Virus record (IMG/VR): IMGVR_UViG_3300046459_000309
Span: 1-60,375 of that record
Length of the DNA stretch: 60,375 nt
Source of the DNA: a virus
Direction: 5' to 3' (one strand)
This document shows, in pieces, positions 58,614-60,375 of the stretch. Position 1 is the first letter of the stretch; each line of letters starts with the position of its first letter. Below the pieces are notes generated by a model that saw only the letters and a program-made list of their open reading frames with translations, made no database searches and was not told the origin of the DNA. The position numbers were made by a program, and so were the translations under genes.

Positions 58614-58639
58614 GTTATCCACAGGCGCCTGTGGATAAC
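58614..58639. promoter_or_regulatory. perfect 26-bp palindrome made of two inverted TTATCCACA boxes
   Basis: gttatccacaggc|gcctgtggataac; TTATCCACA equals the classic DnaA-box 9-mer. Confidence 0.7.
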
Positions 58640-58700
58640 TACAGTGAGTGCTGATGGCGGGTCAATTTGTAGCGCTGCGTAGCTGCTTGCGTACCAGATT

Positions 58701-58803
58701 GGCCAAATGGACGAACTAGACCCCTATTTTCAAACCTTCCTTAACGCGTTAAGAGAGAAGTGAAAATAGGGGTTAGTTTGGCATTCTGTCGCCAGACTGT
58801 CCG
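58701..58803. repeat. ~105-bp AT-rich hairpin element, copy 2
   Basis: ggccaaatggacgaactagacccctattttca ... tgaaaataggggttagtttggcattctgtcgccagactgtccg; arm changes relative to copy 1 are compensatory. Confidence 0.85.
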
Positions 58804-58831
58804 GGGGTGGAGACGGCTCATGATCATCCCC

Positions 58832-58852
58832 ATGCCACATGCACCCCATAAC
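58832..58852 (+). promoter_or_regulatory. remnant of the bipartite promoter-like motif (atgccacat fused to gcaccccataac, spacer deleted)
   Basis: Read directly; lies upstream of the tRNA region. Confidence 0.35.
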
Positions 58853-58957
58853 CAAGGTGAGGGAGGAACAGCGACGCCGGCGAATGGCGCGGCATCCTCT
58901 CCCTCCGACGGCCGGCAGCGCTCCCGTGCTCCCCGCACTCTCCTCCGGGTAGAGCGT

Positions 58958-59059
58958 GGTTGAGCGCTGCTGGCCGAACGGTCCTTTCGGCTAACGGTAA
59001 GCCGCCCAGGTAGCGCTTCGGCGTGAAGGGTAATCCTGGTTCGACTCCAGGCGAGACCA
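58958..59059 (+). other. aberrant tRNA-like element: canonical T-arm and 3' acceptor, non-canonical 5' part
   Basis: cctgg-ttcgact-ccagg + cgagacc-a at 59035-59059; upstream part folds into hairpins but has no anticodon loop with U33. Confidence 0.3.
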
Positions 59060-59087
59060 CTGGACGAGGCGGAGCGATGCGCACGCT

Positions 59088-59174
59088 TGCGCGGTAGCTC
59101 AGTCAGGAAGAGCAGCCGTCAGCGACTTTCAGCCGTTGGCGGTGACGTCACGGGTTCGAATCCCGTCCGCGACG
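59088..59174 (+). other. tRNA-like element with a 10-bp extended anticodon stem (loop ACUUUCAGC, UUC Glu-like)
   Basis: Canonical D-arm (tagctcagtcaggaagagc) and T-arm (acggg-ttcgaat-cccgt); acceptor 5/7 paired; 13 extra nt in the anticodon arm. Confidence 0.35.
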
Positions 59175-59237
59175 CCTCGTCTTCGACGTCATGCGCTCCG
59201 GGACCTCTCGGAGCCAGCCTCTGACGTCTATCACTCA

Positions 59238-59262
59238 CCCTGCTCCTTGTGGGCAGGGTTTT
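59238..59262 (+). terminator. terminator-like hairpin between the aberrant and canonical tRNAs
   Basis: ccctgc-tccttgtgg-gcaggg then tttt. Confidence 0.6.
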
Positions 59263-59335
59263 GCTTCCGTAGCTCAGTGGTTAGAGCGTCCGCCTGTCGA
59301 GCGGAGGGGCGTCGGTTCGAATCCGATCGGGAGCG
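59263..59335 (+). tRNA. tRNA-Asp (GTC)
   Basis: Hand-folded cloverleaf: acceptor gcttccg/cgggagc, anticodon loop ctGTCga, T-loop ttcgaat. Confidence 0.85.
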
Positions 59336-59444
59336 CAAAGGTACGGGGCTGCTTCGGCAGGAAAAGCCACCTCCCCGCGAACGTTGGAGCCTTGCGCACC
59401 GGGCCTAGAGCCAGGGAGGCGAAGGAGCGGCCCGACGTCACACA

Positions 59445-59516
59445 CCTTTCGTAGCTCAATGGCTAGAGCCGCGCGTTGTGGTCGCGCTGATCCCGGTTCG
59501 ACTCCGGGCGAAGGGA
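59445..59516 (+). tRNA. tRNA-His (GTG)
   Basis: Acceptor cctttcg/cgaaggg, stem gcgcg/cgcgc, loop ttGTGgt; no encoded G-1. Confidence 0.8.
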
Positions 59517-59568
59517 CGACTGTCCACGAGGTGCCGGCAACGGGGCTCAAATGCCGTGGACAGCTCAA

Positions 59569-59643
59569 GGTCTCGTAGCTCAGTCTGGATAGAGCACCGG
59601 ATTACGGATCCGGGTGTCGGAGGTTCGAATCCTTCCGGGATCA
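59569..59643 (+). tRNA. tRNA-Arg (ACG)
   Basis: Acceptor ggtctcg/cgggatc, stem ccgga/tccgg, loop ttACGga. Confidence 0.85.
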
Positions 59644-59653
59644 CACAGTGCAC

Positions 59654-59725
59654 GCCTAGCTAGCTCAGCGGTAGAGCGTCGGTTTCATACGCCGGAGGTC
59701 GGTGGTTCGAATCCATCGCTTGGCA
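59654..59725 (+). tRNA. tRNA-Met/Ile2 (CAT)
   Basis: Acceptor gcctagc/gcttggc (one mismatch), loop ttCATac. Confidence 0.8.
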
Positions 59726-59874
59726 CTGACGGACGGTCGCAGGCGAGGGGAAACCATCGCACCCGGAGAACAGTCCGGTGATACTGCGGCCGACGTCGAC
59801 ACCCGAGCTTCACGGTTCGGAAGGACGGAAGAACAACGGGGATGGCGGACTACCGTGCGGCCCGCTTCCGTCGA

Positions 59875-59947
59875 ATGGGCGTAGCTCAACTGGAAGAGCG
59901 GCGGTCTCCAAAGCCGCGTGTTGGAGGTTCGAGTCCTCCCGCCTGTG
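59875..59947 (+). tRNA. tRNA-Trp (CCA)
   Basis: Acceptor atgggcg/cgcctgt (two G-U), stem gcggt/gccgc, loop ctCCAaa. Confidence 0.8.
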
Positions 59948-60025
59948 CAAGCCCCGGCGGACCGATCGACGAGGGAGAACCTGCTTTCGCGCAGGCCGCT
60001 CGAAGACATGCCGTCGGGGCTCCAA

Positions 60026-60107
60026 GCGTTGAGTCCTGGGAGGCAAGCGGGCCTGTAAAGCCTGCGCTGCGATAGCGGCTAGCGTGGTTCGATTCCACGG
60101 CGACGCA
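60026..60107 (+). tRNA. tRNA-Tyr (GTA)-like, long variable arm but shortened D-arm
   Basis: Stem cgggc/gcctg with loop ctGTAaa, variable hairpin cgct-gcgat-agcg, T-arm cgtgg-ttcgatt-ccacg, acceptor gcgttga/gcgacgc 6/7. Confidence 0.5.
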
Positions 60108-60110
60108 CGA

Positions 60111-60186
60111 CGGGGTGTGGCGCAGTTGGTAGCGCGCTCGCTTTGGGAGCGAGAGGACGAGTGTTCAAGTCACTCCACCCCGACCA
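60111..60186 (+). tRNA. tRNA-Pro (TGG), CCA encoded
   Basis: Acceptor cggggtg/caccccg, stem ctcgc/gcgag, loop ttTGGga, T-loop ttcaagt, 3' acca. Confidence 0.88.
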
Positions 60187-60192
60187 TAAACG

Positions 60193-60231
60193 CAGGCCCG
60201 CCAGGGAGGAACGATCCCCTGAGCGGGCCTG
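60193..60231. terminator. long hairpin between the tRNA array (+) and the convergent minus-strand gene
   Basis: caggcccgccaggg ... cccctgagcgggcctg, about 14 bp paired. Confidence 0.65.
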
Positions 60232-60238
60232 AGCTACG

Positions 60239-60375
60239 TCACGGCCCGACGCGCCTGAACGTCAGCATGACGCGATCACCCGACGGATGCGGCTCGCTGT
60301 ACTCCAGCTTCCACCCCGCCATCTCGACGCGAGTGACGAGCCTTTCCGACTTGTGGACGCCGCCAATCGCCACGC
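60239..60375 (-). CDS. 3' end (with stop) of the junction-spanning minus-strand gene; 60249-60375 duplicates 1-127
   Basis: Minus strand reads ...MLTFRRVGP-TGA, stop at 60241-60239. Confidence 0.6.
   Translation of the reverse strand, partial: VAIGGVHKSERLVTRVEMAGWKLEYSEPHPSGDRVMLTFRRVGP

Noticed and set aside
58614-58639. TTATCCACA palindrome considered as a bacterial oriC fragment
   Set aside because: There are only two boxes, in a phage context, with no dnaA/dnaN genes or AT-rich unwinding cluster typical of oriC. It is kept as a finding for a phage-specific role only.
58760-58963. 67-aa + strand ORF downstream of int
   Set aside because: It starts inside the 3' arm of the hairpin element and runs across the promoter remnant. 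The translation is implausible and no SD is present.
59031-59059. tRNA 3'-half (T-arm + acceptor) considered as an attP core for tRNA-targeted integration
   Set aside because: The only integrase is a large serine recombinase. That class does not typically use tRNA 3' ends, and no tyrosine integrase was found.
59136-60098. ORF-track ORFs on both strands across the tRNA array
   Set aside because: They overlap hand-folded tRNA cloverleaves, so they are not coding.

Overview
This window appears to be a complete, circularly assembled genome of a high-G+C temperate siphovirus with actinobacterial (Streptomyces-type) codon usage. The first and last 127 nt are identical, so the unique length is 60,248 bp. 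All genes but one lie on the + strand. Gene order: HNH endonuclease (312-617); an atypical insert between HNH and terminase holding a zinc-ribbon PrimPol gene; terS/terL/portal/MuF/scaffold/decoration/lambda-E-like capsid (2354-8920); connector and tail genes with a G/T -1 frameshift and a 1730-aa tape measure (8944-21701); endolysin and holin-like gene (21777-23004); a glycerophosphodiesterase tail-fibre-like gene; and a long early/replication region (25051-54365). The early region encodes dNMP kinase, an SprT-like protease, a Cas4/RecB-type exonuclease, RNA ligase, C5-methyltransferase, primase-helicase, DNA Pol I flanked by two HNH genes, and a phage sigma factor. It is followed by a host-like XRE/DUF5753 + DUF6879 cassette, a large serine integrase (57006-58505) and a tRNA array (7 readable tRNAs plus aberrant tRNA-like elements). 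The least conventional content is a dense regulatory code of repeat families. These are an 18-22 bp GTCGAC-centred palindrome (11 copies), a bipartite promoter-like motif (4 full copies plus 1 remnant, one in front of the sigma gene), a second sigma70-like promoter class fused to the palindrome (3 copies), and a ~105-bp AT-rich hairpin element (2 copies with compensatory changes). Functions come from motifs I could read in the translations and from gene order. No database search was run, so family names are recollection-based.
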